Source: Klebsiella phage N1M2. From it: DNA of 64,000 nt. Position 1 is the stretch's first letter, and each line of letters opens with the position of its first letter. Below are positions 17,938-31,500 of this stretch, piece by piece. Location of the stretch: sequence record MN642089.1; one strand, written 5' to 3'. Below the pieces are notes generated by a model. It had not been told where the DNA came from and ran no database searches. It saw only the letters and a list, made by a program, of their open reading frames with translations. Position numbers and translations under genes: made by a program.

Positions 17938-20900
17938 TTATTTAGTTGGGTTCTTAACTGCTTGAGTTAGTACGATAGTATCGGTACCTTCACCACTAGT
18001 TTGGAATCCATCGACCATTTCTAATTTTTCATAGAAAGGTACGTGTTGGAAACTAAAGCTAGTATTCGCAGTTTGTTTGACATTCTTAGGATCAACATAA
18101 GTGATTGTCAAACCAACATTGTTTCCAATGTAAGTAACATCGGTATCTTCGGTGAATCTCAGTTTCAAACCATTTTTGGTGATTGAACCAGGAACTATTT
18201 CAATACGCGGATCCGTAGGTTTAGAAATAGTCACTTTAGGATCATTCAATGCAACCTGCTTATCATTATAATAAGCAATTATTTCCATTGGCATTTCGTC
18301 ACCAAGCTTACCGGTAACGCGCCCAGGAACTGTATCTGAAACAATGAATGGTTTATTGGAATCAACCAAGGTCAGTCTGAATCTTGCAGGACCACCATTG
18401 ACGTTAGTAATGATCTCGTTATTAGGAGTGCCTTTCAGTTTGAGGTTAACAATGACTTCTGTATAAGCGACACCAACTTTAGCAAAATCAAATCGCATTG
18501 TGCTTCTGCCTGATGCATTATCATAAGTCATAGCACCACTAGGAGTGCAGTAACCACTACCAACTGGCATACTAACGAAATCTAAAGCCCCTACTGGAAC
18601 GCCTCTCAGCTTACCTGAGAATTGCATACTGGAGAACCCGCCAGAATACATGATCCATTCGCCGCTCTCACCTCTGTAGTTAGGAGGGACTTCTGCGGTC
18701 AATACCAGTTCTTTACCATCATACTCATTAATGGTAAATGGAACTTCAACATTAACTTCTGGCGTATCTGCGGCGTACTTATAAGTATAAGAAACATTTT
18801 GTTTAGTTGTAGGGATAGCCTTATCAGAGATAATCTGATAACCGCCCTTAAGACCATTATGTTTAACCAAACTGGTCTCAACAAAACTAATTGCATTTAC
18901 ACTAGAGGTAACGTCTTTATCACCCAACATGAATTTAAGTGGTGGGTTGGCGGTACTGAACCAAACATCAACTTTAGGTTCCAATACTGTTACAACTAAG
19001 GCACCGGTTAAAGTAACATTAATAGTAGTTTCTGTTTTGAGACCTTTGGAACTGACTTGGACCTTAACAGGAACTACCTGGTCATAAGGAACTTCCTTAT
19101 CAATTTGAACGACCATTGTATCTGCAGTTACTGAAACCTTACTAATGGTATCAGCTGGATCGAAGGACCATGCTACAGAACTATCATCAAACTTAAAGTT
19201 AGTTTCACCATTGGTTAGGGAACCAGTTAAGGTAATCCGATCGCCCTTCTTACCAGAGATATCAGTAGGTGTCAAATCAAGTTTGAAATTACTCGAATCT
19301 ATAACACCATAGATAGGTTCCAATGGTACCTGGTTTTCAGTTGTTCCATCAGATAAGAAGAAGGTGACAAAGCCCTTACCTTCATGCCCACCACCGACCA
19401 CCACCACACTATAAACCCCATCACCGATCTCTTTGAAGTCCTTAGCAGACGCGGGGGCACCACCTGTTGCAATTCCGCCTTTAGATACCACAACACCAGT
19501 AACTGGCTTACCGGTTAGGGTAACTTTGAACTTCATCTCAGTTTCAGCACCTTCAACACCATTGAATTCGGTATCGATTGGTTCAGCAATCAATGTGGCT
19601 TTAGGTATTGCCAATCCATCTGCTATTACTGGTATTCCAGTAACTCCCTTAGCTGTTATCCCACCTCTAACATAGACATTTCCACTTACAGTGGTTGCGG
19701 TGAATTTAATTATTAGATATTTATTGTCGTTGGGATCCACGGAAACAGAGAACTCTTTGGTCGTATCGATACAGTTCTCAGGAACTGGGACCAGTTTACC
19801 AGTGAGTAGTTTCATATCCTCTAACAGCGTTCCGTTATTAGATACTCTACATCTGATAGTATTTTCTATACCTGGTTTAACTTCACCAGGTTGGTATAGT
19901 GTTAGCAAAGGAGCTTCGGTGGAGGTTGTTGGGTTTACCCAGAAATTATTTCTAGTTACACATTTATATTGATCATTCACCCCACCTTCTTTATACAACA
20001 TCGCCCATGGTGAGTAGTACTGATGGTTGGTATCAGTGATATTCAATCTTGGTTTAGTGATTCTGACATATAAGGTGGTATCATCTCCACCTATGTAACT
20101 AAAGGCATTTGCTTTAATGGAAGGGCTACTGATATTATTACCATTATCAAGGAAATAAACTGATAAGTTATAGTCATTTAAAGATATTCTTTCACCATTA
20201 ATATAGACATAAACTTCAGCTGTCCCGGAGCTTCCAACAAATGCACCCAATGCCCCATAAGGTCCACCGACTTTTTCTATGGTTCCATAAAGAGCTAAAT
20301 AGTCTCCATTGGAGAATAGCTTGGCATTTAGATGAACTACATCTATATTTTCATTAGCCCCTGGAGAATCCTTAAGTTTATACCCTATCCCATTAACAGT
20401 AGTAATAGGGTTATATACATCTTTAGACCCGTTAACTACAGTTGCCTTGATAGTAATCGTAAGCTCGGTATTATCTTCGGATGGTGTTAACTTAGTTACT
20501 ATAAATCCTGGATTAGTGGGAAGGATAACTTCTATCCTATCTGCAATTGGTTCTTTCTTATATTTAGGTTTAATTACATAAGTGGTTTCTTTTAGAGGGC
20601 TAGCCCCAATGATTCCATCTGTTTCAATTTCTAGGGCTTTACCACTCCAAGCCGCTATTCGATAAGTACCATAGGCTACTTTAGGTTTCCAGTTGCCACC
20701 AACATTAACTTCAAAAGTAAAGAATGTGGATTTACTAGCTCCCGCATTTGGAGCTGTGTCCACAGTCCATTTAGTTGGGTCTTCTGGGTCGACAATGATA
20801 TATTCATTGGGGATCAGTTTAACATTTCTAATCTCACTGGTTACATCTGTCCCGGCCAGAACGACACTAAATGGTACAGCGTCCAGTTGATCCCAGACTT

Positions 20901-22557
20901 TAACATCAATAGTCTTAGGTGTGATTACAACAAGATCATTACCACTAATAAGTAGCTTCTTGTTATATTTGTAAACACGATTCTCAGGAGCAGGTCCCGT
21001 GATATCCGCAGTTACAAGTATCTCACCATTATTACCATTGGTGATGGCATTGATGACAAAACTACCATCGAGATTTTTAGATGGAGCAGAGGCACTAGTT
21101 AATGGTCCAGTTGCTTTAAAGTTAGAAATAGTGTTGCCGGAGAACTTGTTTTCACCTTGTTCCTTGATACCGATGATGACATAGTTATCACCTTTATTAT
21201 TCAACTTCTCAAATGGCATTGCATAAGAATCATAACTACCTTCTGGAACAGGAATAGAGAGTTCTTGGCAAGCGACCGGAGTGACGCCATAGATAGGACC
21301 GTTGTAGTACCTTGGACAACCCAGCACGCCACTGGCTATAACCAATTTTTGTTCAACACCAGTGGTAGTTATTTCCTGGATATATCTATTTAGTTGATCT
21401 GGGGTTAACCCAGTTATATCAATTGTGGTTATTGTAGTGTTATTAGAAGCCACACGTAATGAGGCAAATCCAGAAATAAATTTAGCACCTTCAGTGATCC
21501 AATAAGACCAATTCACCCCAGCTGCAATGGAAGCTGTAAACATGGCCTTTTGTAGAGAATTGGGAACTAGATCTTTGATCGATGTTAACAGAATGGCTTT
21601 GGGTTCCTGACCAACATCCAATAATGCAACCCCACCATAATCGTAAGTCTGACCAGCTCTACCAAATCTCCATGTGAATCCCAATGATTCGTCAGATGCA
21701 ACTGGACTATCATTAGTTATTACATATCCAATGTACTCTGGTGTAACTTCCGTAATTGAAAATTTAGATGCACCCTTTTGCTTTTTAACTGCTATGTTGA
21801 CTGGACTTATTGTTATACCTTGAGTGTTGAGTGGCGTTATAACCCCACTTAAAGTGATAATGGGATATAATCTACCTTTAGCGTCTTTAGGTCCTTTCGG
21901 GTTACTATCAAACCCGGTTGGGAAAGTCACAAAGAACCCACTCTTAAAAGTCATAAGAATATTAATAGCCGCCCAACCATCACCTTCTTTGGTACTGTCA
22001 TCAGCTTCATTTCTCAATATTCTTATTCTGACAGTTTCACCCAGAGCTTCTGCAGTTGGAGTATAGTAGACTCTGACTGTTAAATTATCAGGGAGTTTCT
22101 CTTGTTTATTAAACTCGGCCTTGCCGTTGAACTCATTAGATCCTGACAGGAACTGAAATTTTGTATTACTTAAAGGCTGACCTTGATATTTGGCTTGAAT
22201 ATCAAAGTAGCTTTGCTGGTTGGGAACACCAGTAATAATTCTACCATTATTGGTAATGATTGTTGCTTCTAACGTACCTTTTGGATACGCCTTTATATTG
22301 ACCTTACTCTCTGCTTCCAGGGAGTAGGTCTGTCCTAAGTCTTCGACGTCAAACTTGAATACTGCGTCGACCAAGGTATCTTTATCTTGGTCGGCATTAA
22401 TTACTGTGAAAGTATCGTTATCATTAGCTTTGAAGAAGGGGACCGGAGTCCCCCCTTTTACATCAACTTCTTTTAACTTGATATTCTCAGTAATGTCAGT
22501 ACCAGTTTGGACGCTTCTAACCCTGAATGGAACTACAGCTGACTGTTTGTTATCCAC
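17938..22557 (-). CDS. giant structural fibre-like protein, 1539 aa (GTG start)
   Basis: Uninterrupted 4.6-kb ORF. Start is GTG with an AAGGA RBS 9 nt upstream. 20 nt after the stop of the 3375-aa gene. Confidence 0.7.
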   Translation of the reverse strand: MDNKQSAVVPFRVRSVQTGTDITENIKLKEVDVKGGTPVPFFKANDNDTFTVINADQDKDTLVDAVFKFDVEDLGQTYSLEAESKVNIKAYPKGTLEATIITNNGRIITGVPNQQSYFDIQAKYQGQPLSNTKFQFLSGSNEFNGKAEFNKQEKLPDNLTVRVYYTPTAEALGETVRIRILRNEADDSTKEGDGWAAINILMTFKSGFFVTFPTGFDSNPKGPKDAKGRLYPIITLSGVITPLNTQGITISPVNIAVKKQKGASKFSITEVTPEYIGYVITNDSPVASDESLGFTWRFGRAGQTYDYGGVALLDVGQEPKAILLTSIKDLVPNSLQKAMFTASIAAGVNWSYWITEGAKFISGFASLRVASNNTTITTIDITGLTPDQLNRYIQEITTTGVEQKLVIASGVLGCPRYYNGPIYGVTPVACQELSIPVPEGSYDSYAMPFEKLNNKGDNYVIIGIKEQGENKFSGNTISNFKATGPLTSASAPSKNLDGSFVINAITNGNNGEILVTADITGPAPENRVYKYNKKLLISGNDLVVITPKTIDVKVWDQLDAVPFSVVLAGTDVTSEIRNVKLIPNEYIIVDPEDPTKWTVDTAPNAGASKSTFFTFEVNVGGNWKPKVAYGTYRIAAWSGKALEIETDGIIGASPLKETTYVIKPKYKKEPIADRIEVILPTNPGFIVTKLTPSEDNTELTITIKATVVNGSKDVYNPITTVNGIGYKLKDSPGANENIDVVHLNAKLFSNGDYLALYGTIEKVGGPYGALGAFVGSSGTAEVYVYINGERISLNDYNLSVYFLDNGNNISSPSIKANAFSYIGGDDTTLYVRITKPRLNITDTNHQYYSPWAMLYKEGGVNDQYKCVTRNNFWVNPTTSTEAPLLTLYQPGEVKPGIENTIRCRVSNNGTLLEDMKLLTGKLVPVPENCIDTTKEFSVSVDPNDNKYLIIKFTATTVSGNVYVRGGITAKGVTGIPVIADGLAIPKATLIAEPIDTEFNGVEGAETEMKFKVTLTGKPVTGVVVSKGGIATGGAPASAKDFKEIGDGVYSVVVVGGGHEGKGFVTFFLSDGTTENQVPLEPIYGVIDSSNFKLDLTPTDISGKKGDRITLTGSLTNGETNFKFDDSSVAWSFDPADTISKVSVTADTMVVQIDKEVPYDQVVPVKVQVSSKGLKTETTINVTLTGALVVTVLEPKVDVWFSTANPPLKFMLGDKDVTSSVNAISFVETSLVKHNGLKGGYQIISDKAIPTTKQNVSYTYKYAADTPEVNVEVPFTINEYDGKELVLTAEVPPNYRGESGEWIMYSGGFSSMQFSGKLRGVPVGALDFVSMPVGSGYCTPSGAMTYDNASGRSTMRFDFAKVGVAYTEVIVNLKLKGTPNNEIITNVNGGPARFRLTLVDSNKPFIVSDTVPGRVTGKLGDEMPMEIIAYYNDKQVALNDPKVTISKPTDPRIEIVPGSITKNGLKLRFTEDTDVTYIGNNVGLTITYVDPKNVKQTANTSFSFQHVPFYEKLEMVDGFQTSGEGTDTIVLTQAVKNPTK

Positions 22558-22578
22558 GGTTATTGGTCCTTATCAGTA

Positions 22579-25500
22579 TTAACGAGGAGAAATGACTTTG
22601 AATGGTGCAGCGTAAGACTTGCTGTATTCAACGTCTATCTGTGTGATATCGGTCACATATGGCGTAGTCGGAGAAGCTGACTGCGTTAACGTGATGTCTA
22701 CAATATATTCACTTCTTCCTTTATAAGTGAACTTCAACTTGAACTTATGAATAACTTCTTCAGTAGAGTCGTTAGTGAATTTGTATCCGATAGTCTTATC
22801 ACTGAGAGTCCCGATGGTAACTGCTGGGTAATCAACGATTTGAATAATCAAATTCTCATCGGTGTTAGCCAATGCGGTCGAACCAAGGAGCACACTCTGA
22901 ATAAGAGTAGGTAACTCATAGTAGTTACCAGTTCCAGTAGTTTGGAAACCACTAGCCGGAGTGAGTTCCGTAGGTAGGATTTCAACCTTAGGTCTCAGGT
23001 CAATATAGTCAGAACCAATGTTACCGTTACCAGTATCATGGACAGACTTCAATCTGATCTTCAGGTCTCCATTACCAACATTCCCACCTGTTACTTTAAT
23101 TACTAAAGTCCCATCGCTACCTGGGCTCATGTTACCAAAGGTAATCAATCCAGCAGGAATAGAAATACTGCTTGACTTATCGAAAGTAACATTACCAACT
23201 AAAGGCTCGCCAGAGTAATCGCCTTTGATAGTGATGAATCCTTGTTCACCTGTCATCAGGATTACGTCATCAGCCGTTGCATTAATCTCTTTTCCGTTAT
23301 AACCATAAACAGTGAAAGTAACTTCTTGTTTGATGGTAAATGTAACGTTGTCCAGAGTAATATCAACTTCGAAGGTAGGCATTACTTTAGTAGTCTGAAC
23401 ATCAGCGTGACTAATTACCCATCCTTTATCTTTGATGCTCACGTATGAGTTATCAGAGATTCTCACGGCAGAAATCTGATCAGTTACATCATTACCTTTC
23501 CAATCCAATTTGAATGGCAGAGGTCCGCTCTCATTAATATGAGCAGTGATTTCTGATGTCAGATTAGTTACAGTTGGTTTAGGAACCGTAGATACCTGAG
23601 TAACTTTGAATGGTATTTTCAACTGACGGTCTGGCGGAATGTTAGTATCTTTATTCCAAGCCGCTACCACATCTGAGGTAAGTTCCCCAACATCAATGTC
23701 ATTAGCGAACTTAAACTGGAAGTATCCACCTGCGATGTAAGTTGTCGTCACAACGTTAGGTGTAAATACTGCCCTGTTAAAGTCTGTGGATAGGATACGA
23801 GCTTCATCAATGCCTTTCCTGTACTTGACATCCATTCTCATCACAGGCCCGCCAAACTGACCAGTAAACTCTTCTGGGTCGGCAGAGATCAGATAATAGC
23901 CATCGACATAGTACGTTTGAACTGGAACTTTCACATAAGTGAAATCCACGCCTTCCACTGCATCAGGGAGATACATTCTGGATTTAAGACCAACACAGAG
24001 GTAACCTTCTTGAGGTTCCTTCATATCAGTCGCTAGCGCTTGCCAGTTAAAGTAAATGTTTTTGGAGTTATTATCAGGACCTTGGTTATAGATGTTTTCA
24101 GCAAACCCTGGGAGCTTAGAACGAGCGGAGTCTATTTCAAATAGGCTATAATCGCTAATAGCTACTTTACGATATTCGCCTGAAACAGTACCGCGGAATA
24201 TAGCATTCGTTTGACCCATTATCCCGTTATTAAACTGGCTAGGGTTATTAAACTTAAAGCTCAGGGCTTGACCATCATACCCTTCGATGTTGAATACAAC
24301 ATCCTGTTCAATTTCCCAAACACGAGGACCCTGAACGACCGTAACAATAAATGTACCAGTCTTGGTAGTTGCTTCAGGTTCACCATCAATAACAGTATAG
24401 CCATCAGTGAGTTTAGGACCCATCTCCAACCAATCTTTATCTTTATCAGCTGCTTTGATATTAGTAACTGAAGAAGTATCGGCCGGATAATCCACACCAT
24501 CAATAGCTAGTTTAAATGGCAGACCTGTGTTCTTTTTCCAAACGCTCGTGTTAACTTCTTGAACATCTGTAACTGTAAGAACTGGATCTGTCGCACCTTC
24601 TTTAGCTTTGAAGATGATAGGTTGATCGTAACTAAAGGTATACTCTTTATTGTTGTTAGGGTTTTTGAATCTGATATTAAAAGTGAAGTAACTTGTAACA
24701 TCAGTAGCGCCAGGTTTAACAGCAGCTGGACTAATTTTGTAAGACTTAGCGGTCCAGTTGAATCGATTAGTCCCCTGAACATTAGATGCCCCAAAGAGTG
24801 TTGCGATACCTAGGTCGTGTGTTAGACCAACCGAGATAACTTCATTGGTTAGGTTGAGATTAACAGCAAGAGCACCCCAAACTAAATCGCACGGGACATC
24901 GACCACTGTCGTACTTCCGGCAGGGACAATGATAGGCTCAGGTACGAATCCTTCCCTGAAGGTAATTTTATCTTCGAACATATTCCAGATAACTGGCATG
25001 TTATCGAAGTTTTTACCAGGAGTGCCGGCAGGGTAACCGTTAGGTCCATTAGCCTCAGTACCATTATACTGTAATGGGACTTTACCTTTGTATTTACCCA
25101 ACTTGTCAGGTATCACCCTAACACTCACCTCATTGGCATTACTACCACCGCCAGAAGTCCAATGTATGGCTGTTGGATCTTCCGACTCAATACGGTTGAT
25201 TGTTGAATATCCAGACCGGTTTGTTCCAATAGGGTATGTTTTATTTTTCAACATTGCCCTAAAGAAGAAAGTGTAGAAGTTATTAGTGAAAGGTATGTTG
25301 ATAACGAAGCCATCACCTTCTTCCGTAATAACTGGTGCACTAACACCATTCTTGTTTACCGGTTCGCCCCAGAACTCAATCCCATCCCAAGCTGAGATAT
25401 TAACAGTTATCTTACCAGTAAGAACAACATTACCAGTAGATGCAGGAGTCGAGTATGTGAATTCTACTTCTACCGTCTTAGGTGTTGGGTCCGCATTTAT

Positions 25501-28500
25501 ACACTGTACAGTTGCACTTGGACCAGCTTCAAAGTAATTTGAACTGATCGCAGTGATACTACATTGTGTAGTAATATCGGTTTCACCACTAAAGACTTTG
25601 AATGGAGTGAATTTACCCCAAATATCGACATCCACAGGGTCGGTATTAGGTTCTAATCTCGGACCTTGGAAAGCCTTAAGTTGAACCTTACCACGTTGGT
25701 GCAGGTCATTGGTTCCATCATAACCCACGACATCCCAGACAAAGTTAAATACAGCAAAGAACGAATTAAGCCCTTTGTATTTAACCACCAGTTCATCTCC
25801 ATCAGGTTCGACAGAAAGAACTTCGAAGAAGGCGCTATTCTGAGTTTGTTCTTGATTCAATGTCAGAGCCGTAGTAGGTAAACCGCGGTTAGTCATTTTG
25901 AATCTCAACTCACCTTCTTTATCTTTGGTAAGTTCAAATGGATTCGGCGCGCCGGTACCTTGGATCCATCCAGCATGAGTAGGTCTAGAAGCTACTAGTG
26001 TTGTTAATTCTACATCAGGTATCTGTATCGTGGACCCTCTAAATGGAACCTCAATAACCCATGAAGTTCTAACATTATGGTTTCCGGTATTCCCGATGTA
26101 GTTATCAATACACCACATCCAGTCCTTGTTAGGATTTTCATCATCAGGAATGATGAGAATGCCTTGGGCGTCAGCATCCAATGTTTCCATACTCACTGGA
26201 GTACATTGAGTAGTTAGATCGGTACCGCCAACCATCACTTTAAAGATCTGAGGACCTCTAACCCTGTTGAATGGTTCAACACTAACTCTGATTGGTGTGA
26301 TTACCGGATAATCCGCAGGGACGACAATCTCAAATGGCTGAGTGTATTCACCAGTATGGGTTGTTCCAGTATTTGGGTCTGTATAACTCAAGGAAACTTT
26401 AATTTCCCGTTTACCCAATTCAGCATCGATAGGTGCGATGACCTCATACTGATACTGAGTTTGGTTAGATCCAGTGATCTTAATAATATCATCAGGATCA
26501 AGAGTTATTTTCAAGTCAGGGTTATCAAGTAGTATATTACGACCTCTGAGAGTGACTCTTAAAGGCATGTTACCTTTATCACCATTCCCGCCCTTAAGAC
26601 CAGCATTCCAACCAGTTACCAATAATGGAGGTTGTTTGAAATCCGCACCAATAACCAGACTACACCAATCCAGGAACTCAACACCAGGTTTAGCTCCACC
26701 AGGTCTTCTCAAGATGAGTTTGATATCACCTTTAAATTCCTTAGTAGGAGTTACACTATATCTGGCTCGCGCCTCAGACCCACCACCGATTGGACCAGTG
26801 AACTCAATATCCATCGCGTCACGGAAATCAGTTTCCAAATAGTCAATTATGTCAGTGTTGTTAAAGTTAGGGATTAACTTGTAAACAGTCTGCATATCAA
26901 CAGTTGTTACATCTCCCACTTCCATTACTAGAGGGTAGGTGTTATCAGGATAATGTTCAGGTGGATTTCTGTGCATCCAGAAGGACTCTAAAGTTCTCTG
27001 GTTCCAGGCTGCAATGTTGAACACCACATCAGCTTCACCTTTCCATGTCCAGTTACGGTAGATACCGTTATAGATCATTTTCAGTGTGAGTGACTTATTG
27101 GTCTCATCTGCTTTCACTACCGTAAAGCTACGGAGAGAAACAGTGATGTATCCATTAGGTTGTTCTTCATCTAATTCACAGTTCATCCAACCACTTTCAG
27201 CAGGAGCTGGAAGACTAGATGCTGTCAGTGAGACATCTCCACAAGTCGCCGATCCGATACCGAGGGATTGGGTATCAAACATCTTACATGCAACTGGAGA
27301 ACGAGGAACAACTACTACTGGTGCGGAAGTATACAGTTCAGGTATTTCTACTCTTCTGCTGTAATTATTTCCACCATAAGTATATGTGATGTTAATGAAG
27401 TCAGAAACTGTGATTTCACGTCCTGGGGCCACAACGCCTGCAAGAGAGTAATTGAATGATTCAGATTCCCAACTACCGATGCTGAGAACACCAGCGTTAG
27501 GAGAAGCACCTTCACCTTTCTCTACAGTTACCCGCAGACTACCATTAGCCATTTCCTGTTTAGCATCGATAGGAATCCCACCAAACAGAATCTGGAGTTT
27601 GTACTCTCCAGTGTCTCCGTCCTTACCAGTCAGCAGGTTATCACGATCACCGATCTCAACACCCAACTCACCCATAACTTTAGTCGGAACTTTACCAGTC
27701 CAAACGTCATAAGGAGCTGGATCTGTACCAGCAGCAGGAGACCAGAACACCAGGTCCATTTCCCCAAGCCCGGCTTCAACACCTTCAAAGGTCAATACGA
27801 AATCAACTCCATCCATCGAGCTACTAACGTATTTAACAGATTTAGGGAAAGTACTCAATTCAGGTTTGAATGTCGCACTTGCACCTACTTCCTTATCTTT
27901 GTAAATTGGGCGAACCTTCAGGGTATTTTGTTCACCAACAGCTGTTTCCAATTTATTAGGCGTGACGGTACATTTGAATCTAGTTGTATCCTGAGCACCT
28001 TGGATTCGGAATGTCGCATCAAACTCAAGTGACTGAACTTCTGGAACTTCATCTACCTTATACAGAACCTGCATCTTGATAGTCTTATCGCTCTGAACTT
28101 TCTCAGCGCCGATAATTTCCCAGCCACGTGGTGCGATGAACTCGACCCATTGGTTGTCCGGTTCGTTGGTCTTATAACCCTGAACAGTATTTAAAGGGTT
28201 ATCGCCCATTTTAATACCTTGAGTAAATGACCCACGATCCCAAATCTTACCGTTGATTGGATCGTTGTTCGTGATCTCTACTTTACCCATCTGGATACTA
28301 ACCTGGGTAGAAATCGTTCCTTCTTTAGGCGCAGGAGCACCAACTTCATAGGTGACTTTAATATCTTCAGGATAAACAGTCAAGGCTTCACTGACGTTAG
28401 AACGAATGGCCTGAATAACAACACCATTGCTAACTCCACCCACGATACGAATCGAGTGTGCTTTGCCATTATCTACCAGTTCATATTTCAGCCCTGGTGT

Positions 28501-31500
28501 ATTACCAGGAATTCCATATTCCCCATATTTAAGGGCCAGTACGATGGTTGCTGTTTCCATCCAAGGAATCGTAATCGCTGGGGTTTTGGATTCAACAGTA
28601 AAGACTTCATCAGAAGACTGAGTGATAACTTTAACTACGGCAACTGCATAGTCATCATTGACAACTGGCGGATTGGTAGCATTCTCTCTCACGAATACTA
28701 ATCTGAGAGTGTCTTCTGCTTGACCCAACAATGTGTAAGGTACATCACCATCTGGAGTGATCTCACCCAGTACGATGTTTTTAGGTATAGTACTCTTACC
28801 TAAATCAATACTTACATTCTTGGCAACATCACCGGCATACTTAAAGCGGAACTTCATTGTTCCAGGTGTACCAGCTTTACCTTCAACTTCTTCTGGACCT
28901 TCAGTGATAACGAATTTCTTACCGTCATATTTGGCGATATTGAAATCGGTTTCAGTATCCATCTGGTAGGTATTCCCACCCATGGAGTATTGAGCAGAAA
29001 GTCTCAGAGTGGTAGTAATGGAAGTAGATTGGCTACCGCCAGTAACGTACCATTTATTTGGTTCAGTGAAAGTGATATACGGGTTAGTTCCACGAGGAGT
29101 CAGACTTTCGATTGGAACAGGTCGACCTTGATCATCAACCAAAGTAATTCCAACGACGCCGCGATCCCATACGTTAACGTTAAATGAAGGGTTAGCTCCA
29201 ATTCTAACATCAGGAATATGGATGACTACCGGTACGGTATTTTCATTGGTCCAGGTTTTTCCATTAGGGTCAACGTACTCGACATTGATTTTGAAATCAT
29301 AGTCGTAGTCTTCGCCTTTCTCCCCACCTTTAGCAAGTTTAACAGTCAAGGACTCGTCATTGATCTTAACAAGTTCTACTGGCTCGCCATCACCTGAAGT
29401 GGCAGTGAGTTTTAACTTAGGATCATTCAGGGTTAATGGAATACCATCCCAGTTATAGACTAACTCGATAGTTGCTTCGGCATTCCAGATGCCTTTAACA
29501 GAAGGAGTGATCTTAACTAGGTTCAGTTCATGGGGCCATGCAATCTCAGTCGGAATATCAGCCTGGATCGTTCTACCACTTGGTGTGTGGCGATAGATCA
29601 GGGTCATTAAGTAATCACCACCACGAGTGGTTTCGTACCCAATAACTACACCTTCACCATCCACGTTAGAACTTACACCCATGATGAAAGTTTCTGGGAT
29701 AGTGGAAGCAGCTTTATCCACAACTACATCAGCGTTAGCCGGTTTACCTTTATAAACAAAGTTACCCGTTATTGTACCATTAGTTCTGGAATCTGCTTTG
29801 ATAGACTTAGGTTCCCAATCACCGCCGAAAGTGATCTGGTCCCAAGGCTCCAAATTAAAGACAACTTCAGTAATGAACTTGCGATCTTTAGCTTTGCCTA
29901 CGGTCCATTTAATTTCTAACGGAATCGTAATGGTGGTTGCTTCTTTCTCAGCCCAAATCACTTCCCAGTTAAGTTTATTGAAAGCAATATACTCATTATC
30001 CTGGATAGATTTGACGCTAGTAATCGCACCAGTCCAGTTGGTATTACCAGCCATGAGAGTGAAAGGCAATAGTCCAGTATCCCAAATAGCTGCATCGATA
30101 GGTGCGGCTGGGGTACCTTCTAAACGCATTTCTGGATATACAGTGAAGACAGGTAAAGTGAACTTAACGTTAGTTTGTTTACCGTCTCTTGGGTCTGTAT
30201 AGATGTACTCTAATTCCAAACCAGATTGACGAGTCTCACCGATGTATTCCCAAACGTTGTCAACAACCTCGACACCATTGTCTTTAACGTCAACGATACG
30301 GACGTTAGATTTGTCAGTACGCTTATACGTTAAGTTAGGATCGGTCAGTGGAACGACTTTACCAGCAAAGGTCAGAGTGATCTTAGCTAATGCTGAAGAA
30401 CCACCTACTTCAACTGTGGTTTCTTTATCGTAATCCTTAAGTACCAGTACACGAGACTGTTTAACGTCAGTGCTAACGTGAACAAGTGCGATATCTTCAG
30501 GTTTAGGATCTTCGATACCAGGGCGTTGAATATAAACTTTACCAGGCTCAGTAGTAGGTTGAAGTTTACTGTAGTTGGCACGAATAACATTTCGTTCTTC
30601 TATATAAACGAAAGAGTTGAAAGTAATCCCTGCTGGGGTTACTAACTTATCTTTCATTATTTCTGCTGTGGCGGTAATGTCTTCTGACAAGTGGTATACT
30701 TGGAATTCAAAGTAACCTGTTTCATCAGACAGACCGTCGATCAGTGCAGAAGAAGGAACGGCTACAGTTTTGGTGTTAATCCCAGGTTCTGTTGTACCAG
30801 GATCTTGTTCCCAAGCATTAACATTGAAAGTTTGATCGTAAGTAAACTGACGCCAAACACCATCAATAGTGTAACGGAACTTAAATGGAACTGTGGTGCT
30901 TTCTGCCGGAGCAGGAACATCTGGAGCATTACCAACGAACCATTGATCCGCATTACCTTTCTTAGGAATGATGAAACCTTTCTCATCTTCAAAAGTATAA
31001 TCACTAATTTTCTTAGTGACATCAACGCCGTTCACAATCAGTTTAAATGGATAGTCACCAAACTGATACTTATTAACCACGAGAGGGTTAGAGAGAACAG
31101 GAACCAGTTCAACTGTGGAGACCTGCGCTACAATTACACGGACCTTACGAGTGATGACGTATCTTACACCAGTTGGCGCAATCCAACGGAATACTTGATC
31201 ATAGTCATCTTCAATTTCTTCGCCGGGTTTGTTGGCGTCTTTGATGATGGTGTAATTAACACCTAACTGATCAACTGAATTATATTCGATCAGTTCTTTC
31301 TCACCTTTCTTACCTGTGCGGATATCAAGATCGGTAGGAGAAATAGGTTCATCATTATAAAAAGCACCAACAGTCAAAAGACCTTTATCGCCTTTATGAC
31401 CACGGATAACAGCTGGGAAACTACGAATCTCAAACTTAGGACCGGTATCTGGACGAGTAAGAACTACGTTCACATACGCCGGAGCTTTAGAAGTAATATC